Assembly (NCBI GenBank): GCA_964291625.2 | Contig: OZ220089.1 | Coordinates: 1,152,001-1,216,000 of the forward strand | Direction: 5' to 3' | Origin: Candidatus Latescibacterota bacterium | GTDB lineage: Bacteria; Latescibacterota; UBA2968; UBA8231 | DNA: 64,000 nucleotides | Shown here: positions 38,558 to 48,158 of the stretch, piece by piece | How positions within the stretch are numbered: position 1 is the stretch's first letter | Layout of the letters: the number at the start of each line of letters is the position of its first letter | Notes under the pieces: generated by a model | Told to the model about the DNA's origin: nothing | The model's database searches: none | Seen by the model: the letters and a program-made list of their open reading frames with translations, nothing else | Made by a program: the position numbers and the translations under genes

Positions 38558-39349
38558 CTAGATGGAAGTGGCCCGCATCTCGTCGGACCAGTCGCGCCAC
38601 ATATCCTCCTGCGGCGGCTCCTGTTGGGTCTCCTCGATGTCCTTCTTCACGAAGTCGTAGAGCACGGCCTGGCGCAGCTGGCGCGAGGTGTTGGGGCTGG
38701 CCATGTGGCCAAGGCGGTGGTGCCAGAAGACGATGTCGCCGGCCTGGCCGTGGGTGTCGACGGGGGCGCGCTGGTTGAAGGCGGTCCTCACCTTCTCGTA
38801 GGCGGCCTCGTCGTTGTCGCGGCAGTACTGGGAGGTGAAAGTGGGGTAGAAGGCGCGGTGACTCTCGGGCCAGACCATGAAGCTGCCGCCGCCGGGGGGC
38901 ACGTCGTCGATGTAGCCGACCACGCCGAGGTGGAAGGGGTGGCCGTCGGTGTGACAGCCCAGGGCCTGGGCCGGGTGGTCGCCGTAGGGCAGGGTGCAGT
39001 AGATTCCGCGGATGCGCTGCGGCTGCACGAGCTGCCCCTCGCCGAGCATCTGCTCGGCCATGGCCCACACCCGGGGCTCGGTGGCCAGGAGGCGCACCAT
39101 CCACGGCTCGCCGCCGGGGTCGCGCAGGTTCCAGCGGAAGCCGCGCCGGTGGTTGCCGCTGTCGGGGTTCTCCTCGTCCTCGCGCCAGGGGCCGACCCAG
39201 GTGTCGGGGTCGTCCCGCCGGCGGCCCGAAGGCGCGCCCTCCCACAGCCGGGCGCGGGCCCGCTCCATGAGGCCGGGGTCGAGCACCCCCCGCTTGATGA
39301 GGTAGCCGTTGCGCTTGAAGAAGCCCATCTCGCCGGTCGTCAGCCGCAT
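38558..39349 (-). CDS. PhyH family dioxygenase
   Basis: FKRNGYL, CHTD, GGGSFMVWPESH and AGDIVFWHHRLGH..N..R. Confidence 0.85.
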   Translation of the reverse strand: MRLTTGEMGFFKRNGYLIKRGVLDPGLMERARARLWEGAPSGRRRDDPDTWVGPWREDEENPDSGNHRRGFRWNLRDPGGEPWMVRLLATEPRVWAMAEQMLGEGQLVQPQRIRGIYCTLPYGDHPAQALGCHTDGHPFHLGVVGYIDDVPPGGGSFMVWPESHRAFYPTFTSQYCRDNDEAAYEKVRTAFNQRAPVDTHGQAGDIVFWHHRLGHMASPNTSRQLRQAVLYDFVKKDIEETQQEPPQEDMWRDWSDEMRATSI

Positions 39350-39426
39350 AGTCCGTTCCTTTCGGCCGAGAGTATAGACCCGAGGGCCCCCGCCGCGGGA
39401 GTGCCCCAACCGGAGATCCGCGAAGA

Positions 39427-40176
39427 ATGGAAGCGCTGTTCCACCCCTATGCCTTCGGCGACGACGAGCGGGCCGTCCTCGACCGCGACGGACACTTCGC
39501 GCTGCCCGGCATCCTCACCGACTCGGCCCGCACGCACCTGACCGCGGCCCTGGCCCGCATCCAGTCGATGCCGCGCGAAGACGAGGAGCATCCTCCCCAG
39601 CGGTTCTCCGCCGAGTTCGACGCCTGTCTCGAGAGCCTGATCGGCCATCCCCAGCTGCTGGACCTCGTGCGCCGGGTGCTGGGGCCGGAGATCCGCTACG
39701 ACCACTGCGTGGCCCTCAACCGCGAGGGCGGCAACCAGGGGAGCCGGTGGCACAGCCACGAGTACGCCGACGACGACCCGGCCCTGGGCTTCGTGCGCGT
39801 GTTCTTCTACGTCAATGGCTTCGAGGCCGACGACGGCGGGCTGAAGGTGGTCCCCGGCAGCCACCTGTACCGGGACCCCGCCATCCACGCGGACTCCGAT
39901 GCCGCGCTGGCCCAGGGATGGATGGCGGGGAAGGTGCATCCGGTCAGCGGCGAGCCACTCCGCATCGAGGAGCTCTCGGTGCCGGCGGGGACGGTGGTGC
40001 TGATGTGGACCCATGCTGCCCACGGGGTCAACCCGCGCAAGGAACGGAGCGACACCCGCTGGTGCGTGGTCTATGCGTACCGCAACCCGGGGCGGGAGTC
40101 GCGGGCGCGGTGGCTCACCCCGGCCTTCGAGAGGAAACCGATCCCGGGCGCCGAAGGGTTGATGAGCCTCTACTGA
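39427..40176 (+). CDS. PhyH family dioxygenase with atypical HxH motif
   Basis: DGHFALPG, WHSHEY, GGLKVVPGSH and AGTVVLMWTHAAHG..R. Confidence 0.8.
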   Translation: MEALFHPYAFGDDERAVLDRDGHFALPGILTDSARTHLTAALARIQSMPREDEEHPPQRFSAEFDACLESLIGHPQLLDLVRRVLGPEIRYDHCVALNREGGNQGSRWHSHEYADDDPALGFVRVFFYVNGFEADDGGLKVVPGSHLYRDPAIHADSDAALAQGWMAGKVHPVSGEPLRIEELSVPAGTVVLMWTHAAHGVNPRKERSDTRWCVVYAYRNPGRESRARWLTPAFERKPIPGAEGLMSLY

Positions 40177-40819
40177 TCAACTCGCTGCCCACGATCTTCG
40201 CCGAGTCCGGTGAGATCGACTGGGACGGCACGCGTGCCGTGATCGACAAGTCCCTCGAAGGGGACTGCGCCCGGCCGACTGGGCCAAGGGCACGCCCGAG
40301 ACCCTGGCCGACTTCTACAAGGCCTGCGGCCGCGAGGCGCCGGTGATGTTCGTGGGTGCCGTGCCGATCGGCACCCTCGAACTGGTGGCCGACGACCCGA
40401 ACATGTGGGCCTTCAAGGAGGACCTGACGCTCAACTACGCCCACGAGGTCCTCATGCGCTGGGGCGACCGCTGGACCATGACCGGCGGCGGCGGCATCAA
40501 GCGCCACTACGTGCTGTGGCCCCACGGCTGCAACGCCTGGCTCGATGTCCTCATCTACTGCAACCTCCCCCCGCCGAAGCTCTACTGGGAAGCCCTCAAG
40601 CGGAACGACGCGGCCGAGGCCTGGCGCCTCGCCCTGCACCACGAACAGCCGTTCTGGGACCTGTGGCCGGTCTTCCCGGCCGGCGGCGACGGGCTGATCC
40701 ACGCCATGATCGAGGTCTGCGGCGTCGCCCCCCGCTGGCGCCGGTCCCCCGCTCCCAACGCCACCGGGGAGGAGATGGAGCAGGTCCGCGATCTCCTGCG
40801 GGGGCTGGAGCTGCTGTAG
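40173..40819 (+). pseudogene. Degraded dihydrodipicolinate-synthase (DapA-like aldolase) family gene
   Basis: SLPTIFAESGEIDWDG (N-terminal motif) is followed by a frame change at about 40263 to PADWAKGTPETLADFY..AFKED. No start codon; central part missing. Confidence 0.65.
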
Positions 40820-40917
40820 CCGCGAACCGCTGGCGGCCTCCGCCGGATGCGGCAACCCGACGGCCCTGGCAGCACTTCAGCCCGGGAGAGTGCTCCTGGG
40901 TTCAATTGCCCACCCTC

Positions 40918-43353
40918 TCAACGGATCAACAGGATTCGTCGGGAGTCCGCTCCATGGGTCCAGGAGAGACGCACCAGGAACACCCCCGAGCCCAGGGATC
41001 TCCCGTCCAGAGAAACGTTATAGGTCCCGGGTTCCTGGAATTCGTCTACCAGTGTTGCCACTCGTTGACCCACTAGGTTGTATACCGACAAGGTTACTGG
41101 TCCGACTGCCCCCAGCCGATAGGATATCTGTGTTTGGGTGTTAAACGGGTTGGGGTAGTTCGGCAAGAGAACAGTTCGATCTGTCAATCCCGGCCCCGTC
41201 AACTCAACAGCCGTAGAGGTAGATAGAAAGGGCGACATATCCCACACGATTGTCTCCGCTCCATAGATACTGGAGGAGGAAACCAAGACACTCCCATCGC
41301 GTGAGAGTCTCAGGTCACTTATCCTCTCCAAATGGCTCCCAACCGAATCTACCGCGGTTCCGGAGCTTGTATCCCACACCATGATGTTCTTGGAGAACAG
41401 ACTCCTCGTGCCAATCATCAGCGATTGGTCAGGGGTAAAAGCAACCGGAATGTGCCAGTTGCACTCCTGGATAGTGGACAATGGCTCGAGGGTGTAAGCA
41501 TCCCACAGTCTTAGGACGTCCCCAAAGGCAACGCTGATCAATATGTCTCCATTGGGGGACAACTTTACGCAATGGACCTGTTCGGAATGCTCCCAAACAG
41601 CAATCCGGCTATTGTCCTGCGGATCCCAGACTTGGGTTGTGTTTTCAACCGCACAGGCCAGGAGACCGGTAGGCAGATACGTCAGACTCCGCGAATGCGT
41701 TTCTACCGGCCCCACACTCCCTGATTTGGTTCCGGTGGGGACATCCCACAAGACAATGGAACGGTCTTTGTTGGTAGTAGTCGCAAGGGTCTCCCCATCG
41801 GGAGAAAAATCCAGAGAGTAGACTGTCCCGTTAAGAGTCATGGATGATCTTGGTTGGGTGGCCCACACATCCCACAGAACCGCTCTTCTGCTGTTGTGAG
41901 AAACGGTCGCCAGGGTCTCTCCATCGGGAGAAAACACCAGTCTCCTGATCGCCGTGTTGTCTCCACCGGTCAGTTTTGCCTTCATGGTGCCGTCGGGACT
42001 CAGAAGTCCCACACTCCCTGCGGGAGAGGCACCAACATACACCGTAGTTCCGTCAGAAGACCAGTGAATGGGAGGATGGTATTTTATGTTAGGGTCTGCG
42101 GTAGTCAGCAACTCTCCCGTCTCCACATCCCAAAACTCAAGAACCGATCCCCCGTCAATAGTGGTCACCGTCCCTCCGTCCGGCGAGATTCCGAGCCCGT
42201 ACAAGTTGCGCGAGTAACCGCCCAAACCAACCTGCCTTTCATAGGTTTGGGCGTCCAGGATATGTACTGCTTTGCCGTCTGTAGACCCAACGGCCAGCTG
42301 ATTCTCGTAGGAGTCGAAAAACACATCTCCGAGAATGGAATCTTCAACGGGGACGGTAGCCCGAAGATCCCCAGTAGACACATCCCATACCCTCATAACA
42401 TTCCGACTCCCGGCCGCCAGCAGTCCGCCTGGAAGAAACTCCAGATCCGTAGTCCAAGGTTCGTTGTTGAGGATGAATCTTGGAGTTGAGGAAAGGGACA
42501 CCATATCCCATACGAAAACTTGATCTCCCCATACCCCCCCGCTGACAAGGACTGTTCCGTCGGGGGAAAACACCACAGTCCTGATCTCTCGGCTGTGTCC
42601 ACTAAGAGCAACTAACTGATTCTCCGTCTCTACGTCCCATATACGGATAACCGGACGGGCGTCGTCCCAATCGTGGGTTGCCAAGAGGGTTCCATCGGGG
42701 GAAAGGGCGACATTAGCAGCGTATCCGCTGCTGGGCTCGAAAGTGCGCAGTTCTTTCCCAGTGGATGCGTCCCACAAGCGCGCCTGAGCAGAACCGGTAA
42801 CCAGTGTTAGTCCATCCCGGGAAAACTCAATGTCCGAAACCGAGGTTCGGAGGACCAGCAACTCCTCTCCAGTCAGTGGATTCCACACCCGAGCGGTGGA
42901 TCCCCTGCCTCCGGTAGCCAGGAGCTTTCCGTCGGGGGAAAAGGCTATAGGACCATGCCCACTCAGGATCAACTTTCTCTCACCATTGGTTGCGTCCCAT
43001 AGGCTGATGGTTCCCTCTCCCGCGCTTGTTGCCAGGAGTCTCTTCCCGGGAGCAAAAACCATCCGAGGGCCATAAAAGGGGGAGTGGGTCTTCAGCAAGG
43101 CTGATGCTTCATAGGTTTCTGTGTCGTATAGCCAAATCCCCGCTCCGGTTGAAACCGCCAGTCGGGAACCATCATGGGAATAGGATGCGTTGTACAGGCT
43201 TCCTTGGCCCAGGTAATTGATCGCTCCGTTGGGCAATCCGAAGTCCTGGGCAAAGCAAGCAGATGCGCCCAAGAACACAAGGAACACCAATGCCCGTCGC
43301 CTTGGTTCAACCGCACCCGGCAATCGCGGTAGTGTTCTTTCCATTTTCCCCAT
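40918..43353 (-). CDS. Secreted WD40-repeat protein with C-terminal T9SS-CTD/FlgD-like domain
   Basis: Many FSPDG..LAT..LWD repeats; tail TAVE..NYPNPFN..YNLVGQRVATLV..SGVFLVRL; visibly lower GC than flanks. Confidence 0.9.
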   Translation of the reverse strand: MGKMERTLPRLPGAVEPRRRALVFLVFLGASACFAQDFGLPNGAINYLGQGSLYNASYSHDGSRLAVSTGAGIWLYDTETYEASALLKTHSPFYGPRMVFAPGKRLLATSAGEGTISLWDATNGERKLILSGHGPIAFSPDGKLLATGGRGSTARVWNPLTGEELLVLRTSVSDIEFSRDGLTLVTGSAQARLWDASTGKELRTFEPSSGYAANVALSPDGTLLATHDWDDARPVIRIWDVETENQLVALSGHSREIRTVVFSPDGTVLVSGGVWGDQVFVWDMVSLSSTPRFILNNEPWTTDLEFLPGGLLAAGSRNVMRVWDVSTGDLRATVPVEDSILGDVFFDSYENQLAVGSTDGKAVHILDAQTYERQVGLGGYSRNLYGLGISPDGGTVTTIDGGSVLEFWDVETGELLTTADPNIKYHPPIHWSSDGTTVYVGASPAGSVGLLSPDGTMKAKLTGGDNTAIRRLVFSPDGETLATVSHNSRRAVLWDVWATQPRSSMTLNGTVYSLDFSPDGETLATTTNKDRSIVLWDVPTGTKSGSVGPVETHSRSLTYLPTGLLACAVENTTQVWDPQDNSRIAVWEHSEQVHCVKLSPNGDILISVAFGDVLRLWDAYTLEPLSTIQECNWHIPVAFTPDQSLMIGTRSLFSKNIMVWDTSSGTAVDSVGSHLERISDLRLSRDGSVLVSSSSIYGAETIVWDMSPFLSTSTAVELTGPGLTDRTVLLPNYPNPFNTQTQISYRLGAVGPVTLSVYNLVGQRVATLVDEFQEPGTYNVSLDGRSLGSGVFLVRLSWTHGADSRRILLIR

Positions 43354-43502
43354 TGGAACCCGATCGGGTCAGCGGAGCAGGGTGGGGCTTCCGCGTCCGA
43401 ATGGGTCTTGGTTGTAGCCAGTTGGGACAGACAAACCCCGCTCGCCAGGGGCGGCCCCGGCAAGAGACAGGGCGGGCTCCGTGAACCCCGCGCGGAACCG
43501 GC

Positions 43503-44960
43503 TCAGGCGGCGCCGGCGAGCGCCTCCCGCCCGAACCGCTCGACCGCCTCCAGGGTCTCGCGCACGTCGTCCCAGGTGGTGGTGTGGTTGAGGATGCACA
43601 GCCGCAGGGCGAAGGTCCCGTGAAGAAGGGTCGATGAGAAGAAGGCGCGGTCTTCCCAGAAGGCGCGGGCGAGCACCGTCTTGTTGATCTCCTCGAGCGC
43701 TCCTTCGCCGAGGTCGGTCTCGGCGGGCCGGATGCGGAAGCAGACGATCCCCAGGGACGCGGGATTGACGATCTCCAGGTCCGGACTCGCCCGGACGTAG
43801 CTCTCGGCCCGGGAGGCAAGCTCCATCCCCCGGGAGACGGCGCTGCGGAAGGCGGCCATCCCGAAGGTCTGGATCGACACCCAGACCTTCAGGGCTCGGA
43901 CCGAGCGGCTCAGTTGCAGGCCGCGGTCCGAGAAGTTCGGGTGATTGGCGCCCCATATGGTGTCCTGCAGGACATCGTGCTTGACCGCGAAAGCCCGCTC
44001 CAGGGCGCGCAGGTCTTTCACCATCAGGAGGCCCGCCTCGTAGGGCTGGAAGAACCACTTGTGGGCGTCCAGCCCGATCGAATCGGCGCGCTCGATCCCG
44101 CGCAGCAGCCCCCGGCCCTCCTCCGTGACGATCGCGAAGCCCCCGTACGCGGCGTCCACGTGCAGCCAGATCCCTTCGGCCTCGCAGAAGTCGGCCATCT
44201 CTTCGAGGGGGTCGATCGACCCGGTGCTGGCCGCCCCGGCGTTGGCGCATGCGGCGATGGGGTTGAATCCGGCCGCGCGGTCGTCGGCGACGGCCCGCGC
44301 GAGGGCCGCCACGTCCAGGCGGAATCGCCGGTCGGTGGGAACCATGCGGATGCACTCCGGGCGGACGCCGACGATCCTCGCCGCGCGGACGTGGGCGCTG
44401 TGGCTCTGGTCGCTCATGTACACGGTCGCGCGCTCGGGGTGGCCGGCCTCTTCCCGGGCCGCGACGAAGGCGTCGAGGCTGGCCGCCGAGCCCCCGCTCG
44501 TGAACAGCCCGCCCGCGGTCTCCGGGTAGCCGAGCCAGCCCCGGACCCAGTCGAGGACGACCAGCTCGAGCTGACTCGGACCGCTCGAGGTCAGCCAGGT
44601 GCACTGGTTGACCTGGTACCCGGCGACCATGAAGTCGGCCAGCACTCCCGGCCAGGTGGTCGACGAGGGGATGAACCCGAAGAACCGGGGGTGATCGATC
44701 CGCGCCGCCACCGGCAGGATCTGTCGGGCGGCGCGCTCCAGGACCTCGGCCGCGGGACGGCCGTTCTCCGGCGGGTCCTCCGCCAGTTGGGCCTCCAGCT
44801 CCTGCCGGAAGTCCCCCTCCCAGGCGCTCTCCCGGGGCAGGCTCTCGATCCGCTCCACGATGAGCCGGGCCGTCTTTTCCGCCAGTTCGAGCATCTCCTC
44901 GGGAGGCATGCTCAGACCGTCGCGCGGGATGCTCTCGTCTTGTTTTGAGTCGTCTGGCAA
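43503..44960 (-). CDS. Group II PLP-dependent (aromatic-L-amino-acid-type) decarboxylase
   Basis: HPRFFGFIP, TSGGS, SDQSHS, WLHVDAAYGG, DAHKW and LGIVCFR. Confidence 0.9.
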   Translation of the reverse strand: MPDDSKQDESIPRDGLSMPPEEMLELAEKTARLIVERIESLPRESAWEGDFRQELEAQLAEDPPENGRPAAEVLERAARQILPVAARIDHPRFFGFIPSSTTWPGVLADFMVAGYQVNQCTWLTSSGPSQLELVVLDWVRGWLGYPETAGGLFTSGGSAASLDAFVAAREEAGHPERATVYMSDQSHSAHVRAARIVGVRPECIRMVPTDRRFRLDVAALARAVADDRAAGFNPIAACANAGAASTGSIDPLEEMADFCEAEGIWLHVDAAYGGFAIVTEEGRGLLRGIERADSIGLDAHKWFFQPYEAGLLMVKDLRALERAFAVKHDVLQDTIWGANHPNFSDRGLQLSRSVRALKVWVSIQTFGMAAFRSAVSRGMELASRAESYVRASPDLEIVNPASLGIVCFRIRPAETDLGEGALEEINKTVLARAFWEDRAFFSSTLLHGTFALRLCILNHTTTWDDVRETLEAVERFGREALAGAA

Positions 44961-45056
44961 CTGGTGCTCCTTGTTGGTCCGCCGCGCAATGGCGGAGTGA
45001 ACGGAAACAAGGTAGAGAATCCGGGGACATGGAGGCGACAGCGCGGGGCCCCGGGG

Positions 45057-45084
45057 TTGACAGGCCCCCGGCCTCCTCTATACT
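45057..45084 (+). promoter_or_regulatory. Sigma70-type promoter of padR-arsM
   Basis: TTGACA (45057-45062), 16-nt spacer, TATACT (45079-45084). Confidence 0.75.
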
Positions 45085-45101
45085 AAACGCCGTTTAGTAT
45101 A
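45079..45101. promoter_or_regulatory. Perfect palindromic operator overlapping the -10 box
   Basis: TATACTAAACG-C-CGTTTAGTATA (11-1-11). Confidence 0.85.
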
Positions 45102-45126
45102 CGCCATTGGACCTTGAGGAGAGAGC

Positions 45127-45501
45127 ATGTCCGAGATGAACGGCGAGCGGTACTGGGAGAGCCTGGTGAAGAAGGGCCTCTGCCGGTTCCAGCTCCTCGC
45201 CCAACTGGCCAAGGGTCCGCTCCACGGCTATGCCGTCAACCAGGCCATCAAGGAAGCGTGCCAGGGGTGCTGCGAACCGACGGAGGCGATGGTGTACTCG
45301 ACCCTGAGGGAGCTCCGGGACCACGGCTACGTGGAGAGCCGCACGGAGAAACACCAGGGAAGACGCCGGAGCATCTGCTGGCTGACGCCGGCAGGGGAAG
45401 AGGCGTTCCAGTCGGCCGCCAGGGTCTGGAAGCGGATGTTGCCGACAGTGCAGGACTGCGTTGCCCAGGCAGGTGCAAAGGAGGCCGGATATGGCTGCTG
45501 A
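45127..45501 (+). CDS. PadR family transcriptional regulator, Cys-rich
   Basis: PLHGYAV, VYSTLREL..GYV and RR..WLTPAG; contains CQGCC. Confidence 0.88.
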   Translation: MSEMNGERYWESLVKKGLCRFQLLAQLAKGPLHGYAVNQAIKEACQGCCEPTEAMVYSTLRELRDHGYVESRTEKHQGRRRSICWLTPAGEEAFQSAARVWKRMLPTVQDCVAQAGAKEAGYGC

Positions 45502-46306
45502 GCAGGACCACATCAAGGAACAGGTCAGGGCGCGGTACGGGGCCCACGCCCGGCGGGTCGTGGCGAAGGACGACACGGGCGGCTGCTGCGAGCCGGCCCC
45601 CGCCGGCTGCGACTCGGCCGCCTCATCCTGCTGTGAGCCCGGGGATCTGGCCCACGCCATGCGGCTCTACACCGAGGGCGAGATGGAGGGCCTGCCCACC
45701 GAAGCGCTGGCCGCCTCGGCCGGATGCGGCAACCCGACGGCCCTGGCGGGACTTCGCGCCGGGGAGAGGGTGCTCGACCTCGGTTCCGGCGGCGGTCTCG
45801 ACTGCTTCCTGGCGGCGCGGCAGGTCGGCGAGACCGGGCGGGTCACGGGGCTGGACATGACCCCGGAGATGCTGGAGCTGGCCCGCAAGAACCAGACCGC
45901 CCACGGCTTCACCAACGTCGAGTTCGTCCAGGGTCAGATGGAGTCGATGCCCCTGCCCGGCGATTCCTTCGACGTCATCATCTCCAACTGCGTGGTCTGC
46001 CTGTCGCCCGACAAGGACGCCGTCTTCAGCGAGAGCTTCCGGGTCCTGGCCCCCGGCGGACGCATCCACCTGTCCGACGTGCTCGCCCTCACGCCCGGAC
46101 GCCCGTCATCCGGCGCCGACGCCGAGGACTGGGTGGCCTGCGCCGCGGGAGCCGAGCACCACGAGGTCTACGTCGACCGCCTGCGCCGCGCCGGTTTCGA
46201 GGAGATCGCCATCACCGGCGAAGGAATCGAGTTCCGGGACGAGTCGGAGAAGGACGCGTACCCCGGTACGGCCAGCTTCAAAGTGACGGCGCGCAAGCCG
46301 GCTTGA
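45491..46306 (+). CDS. arsM: Arsenite S-adenosylmethionine methyltransferase
   Basis: VRARYG, N-terminal CC pairs, [28 protein letters not shown] and WVACAAGA. Confidence 0.88.
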   Translation: MAAEQDHIKEQVRARYGAHARRVVAKDDTGGCCEPAPAGCDSAASSCCEPGDLAHAMRLYTEGEMEGLPTEALAASAGCGNPTALAGLRAGERVLDLGSGGGLDCFLAARQVGETGRVTGLDMTPEMLELARKNQTAHGFTNVEFVQGQMESMPLPGDSFDVIISNCVVCLSPDKDAVFSESFRVLAPGGRIHLSDVLALTPGRPSSGADAEDWVACAAGAEHHEVYVDRLRRAGFEEIAITGEGIEFRDESEKDAYPGTASFKVTARKPA

Positions 46307-46309
46307 GGT

Positions 46310-46876
46310 CTACGTCCCACCCTTGACCTGCCCCCAGGACTCGATCGTGACCTTCGTGGAAACGGATCCCGGATAGAAGCCGGAGGCCAGGATGACATCC
46401 CCATGGGGCGTGGACCAGGGGATGGCGTAGCTCACCTTGGGCGAGCCGGTCTCCTCGTCCCCCTCTACCGCCGGATCGTCGAAGAGATACTCGACGAACC
46501 CACCCCCCTCGGCCGCCGCCTCGATCAGCTCCCGGGTGAACCTGACACCGTTGGAATCCTCGAGGTCGATCAGGTTCCGGTCCTCGAGGTCCGGGTTCCC
46601 TCCGTGAAGGATGACGGTGCCATCCTCAGCCAGGACGAAGAGGTAGATCGATCCCTGCTTCCAGGCTTCATCGGCCCGGAATCCCTCCATGACGGCCAGG
46701 CACTCTGCAGCGCTGGTGGATTTGCCCCCGTACGCCGCCGCCGACAGCACGAACTCCTTCAAGCTCTCCCGGTCCACCACGTCACCGGCCTTGATCTCCG
46801 TGTGATGCGCCAGCGCGGGCTGCGCGGCCGGCATCAGAGCGGTCAGCGTCAACAGGATCCCTCCAAGACGCTTCAT
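46310..46876 (-). CDS. Secreted stand-alone single Cache domain protein, copy 1
   Basis: Signal peptide; WKQGSIYLFV, GTVILHG, DSNGV, GGGFVEY and KVSY; tail ESWGQVK. Confidence 0.8.
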   Translation of the reverse strand: MKRLGGILLTLTALMPAAQPALAHHTEIKAGDVVDRESLKEFVLSAAAYGGKSTSAAECLAVMEGFRADEAWKQGSIYLFVLAEDGTVILHGGNPDLEDRNLIDLEDSNGVRFTRELIEAAAEGGGFVEYLFDDPAVEGDEETGSPKVSYAIPWSTPHGDVILASGFYPGSVSTKVTIESWGQVKGGT

Positions 46877-46942
46877 GACGTTTCTCCTTCTGCAAGCGGA
46901 TACGTCCGATCCTGCCGTCTCTCGGCAGATGGCCGTTCTCTC

Positions 46943-46957
46943 GCAGAATCCGTGCCA
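46943..46957 (-). promoter_or_regulatory. Putative sigma54 (-24/-12) promoter
   Basis: Minus strand reads TGGCACGGATTCTGC (GG-N10-GC), about 66 nt upstream of the Cache gene start. Confidence 0.65.
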
Positions 46958-46988
46958 ACTCCTTGCGGTAATGGGCCAATACCCTGCG

Positions 46989-47112
46989 TATCAAGGAGTT
47001 GCGGTAGAATGACGAACTTCGAAAGGGCTCCTGAAGGTATGGCGAAGTGTGACAGTCAACCGCCCGGGAGACCCGTTCTCCTGTCCGTCAAAGAGGCCGC
47101 AACTCGTTGATT
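46989..47112. promoter_or_regulatory. Two IHF-consensus sites
   Basis: TATCAAGGAGTTG (46989-47001, +) and AATCAACGAGTTG (47100-47112, -) both match WATCAANNNNTTR. Confidence 0.5.
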
Positions 47113-47471
47113 TCCAGGCAGTTGGAGGAAGAGGCCGAGACCGCCGCAGTGATTTGTATCAGCTTGCACCACGTGAACATCCCTCCGCTCGCAACCGGGA
47201 CCGACAGCCGCGGGGACGCGGGTTGGGTGGCGCTCCGCCCGTGGAGAGGCCGGCCATCCCCTGCTTCTCGCGGCGCCGCTCCCGGTTGTGCAGCCCGGGG
47301 TCCATGATCTCGTGACCGACCGAGCCCCGGGGCTGGCGCATCCTCTCACCCCTTGACGCGGTCTCGTCCTCGTGCAGGACGAGGCGCTTGCCGCAGACCT
47401 CCCTGCATTCGTCCTTAGGGCGCGTCCGCAGGATGACCTCCCCCTTCTTCATGCCGAGAGCGAGTTGCTCG

Positions 47472-48077
47472 ATGGACAGGACCGCCCGCACCGCCCGCCC
47501 CATCCACCCCCTGCTGAGCCAGCGCTGGAGCCCCCGCGCCTTTGCCGACCGCCCCGTGGAGCCGGCCAAGCTCGTCGCTCTCCTCGAAGCGGCCCGCTGG
47601 GCACCTTCCTCCTACAACGAACAGCCCTGGCACTTCATCGTCGCTCCCAAAGCCGAGACCGAGTCGTTCGACCGACTCCTGGGCTGCCTCTCGCGCGGCA
47701 ATGCCAGCTGGGCCGGCAAGGCCCCGGTGCTCATGCTGGCGGTGGCCCAGCTGCTTGACGAAGATGGCGATCCCAACCGCCACGCCTTCTACGACGTGGG
47801 CCAGGCCGTGGCGCAAATGGCCCTCCAGGCTCTCGATCTTGGATTGTACATGCACCAGATGGCCGGCTTCGACGTGGAGAAGGCACAGCAGGTCTTTGCG
47901 GTCCCGGCGCAGTTCGAGCCCGCCGCGGCGATCGCCCTGGGCTACCTCGGTGACCCGGCCGGTCTGCCCGAACGCTACCGGGAGGGAGAGGCCCGGCCCC
48001 GCAGCCGCAAGCCCTTGGCCGAGTTCGTCTTCGCCGGCCAGTGGGGGCAGGCCTCACCGCTCGCGGTCGAGGAGTGA
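47472..48077 (+). CDS. Nitroreductase family protein
   Basis: RWSPRAF, WAPSSYNEQPW, YDVGQA, HQMAGFD and RSRKPL. Confidence 0.92.
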   Translation: MDRTARTARPIHPLLSQRWSPRAFADRPVEPAKLVALLEAARWAPSSYNEQPWHFIVAPKAETESFDRLLGCLSRGNASWAGKAPVLMLAVAQLLDEDGDPNRHAFYDVGQAVAQMALQALDLGLYMHQMAGFDVEKAQQVFAVPAQFEPAAAIALGYLGDPAGLPERYREGEARPRSRKPLAEFVFAGQWGQASPLAVEE

Positions 48078-48158
48078 TGTAGTTCGGGGGGCGTCCGCGG
48101 GCTGTCGCGAGCCCTGTCGGATGCCCCCCGGCACTTCACCCGCCAGGAGTGACCGCGT

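Noticed and set aside
43503-46306. Decarboxylase + methyltransferase as an N-methyl-amine biosynthetic pair
   Set aside because: The genes are divergent and the methyltransferase has the full ArsM cysteine set, so arsenic methylation is the simpler explanation.
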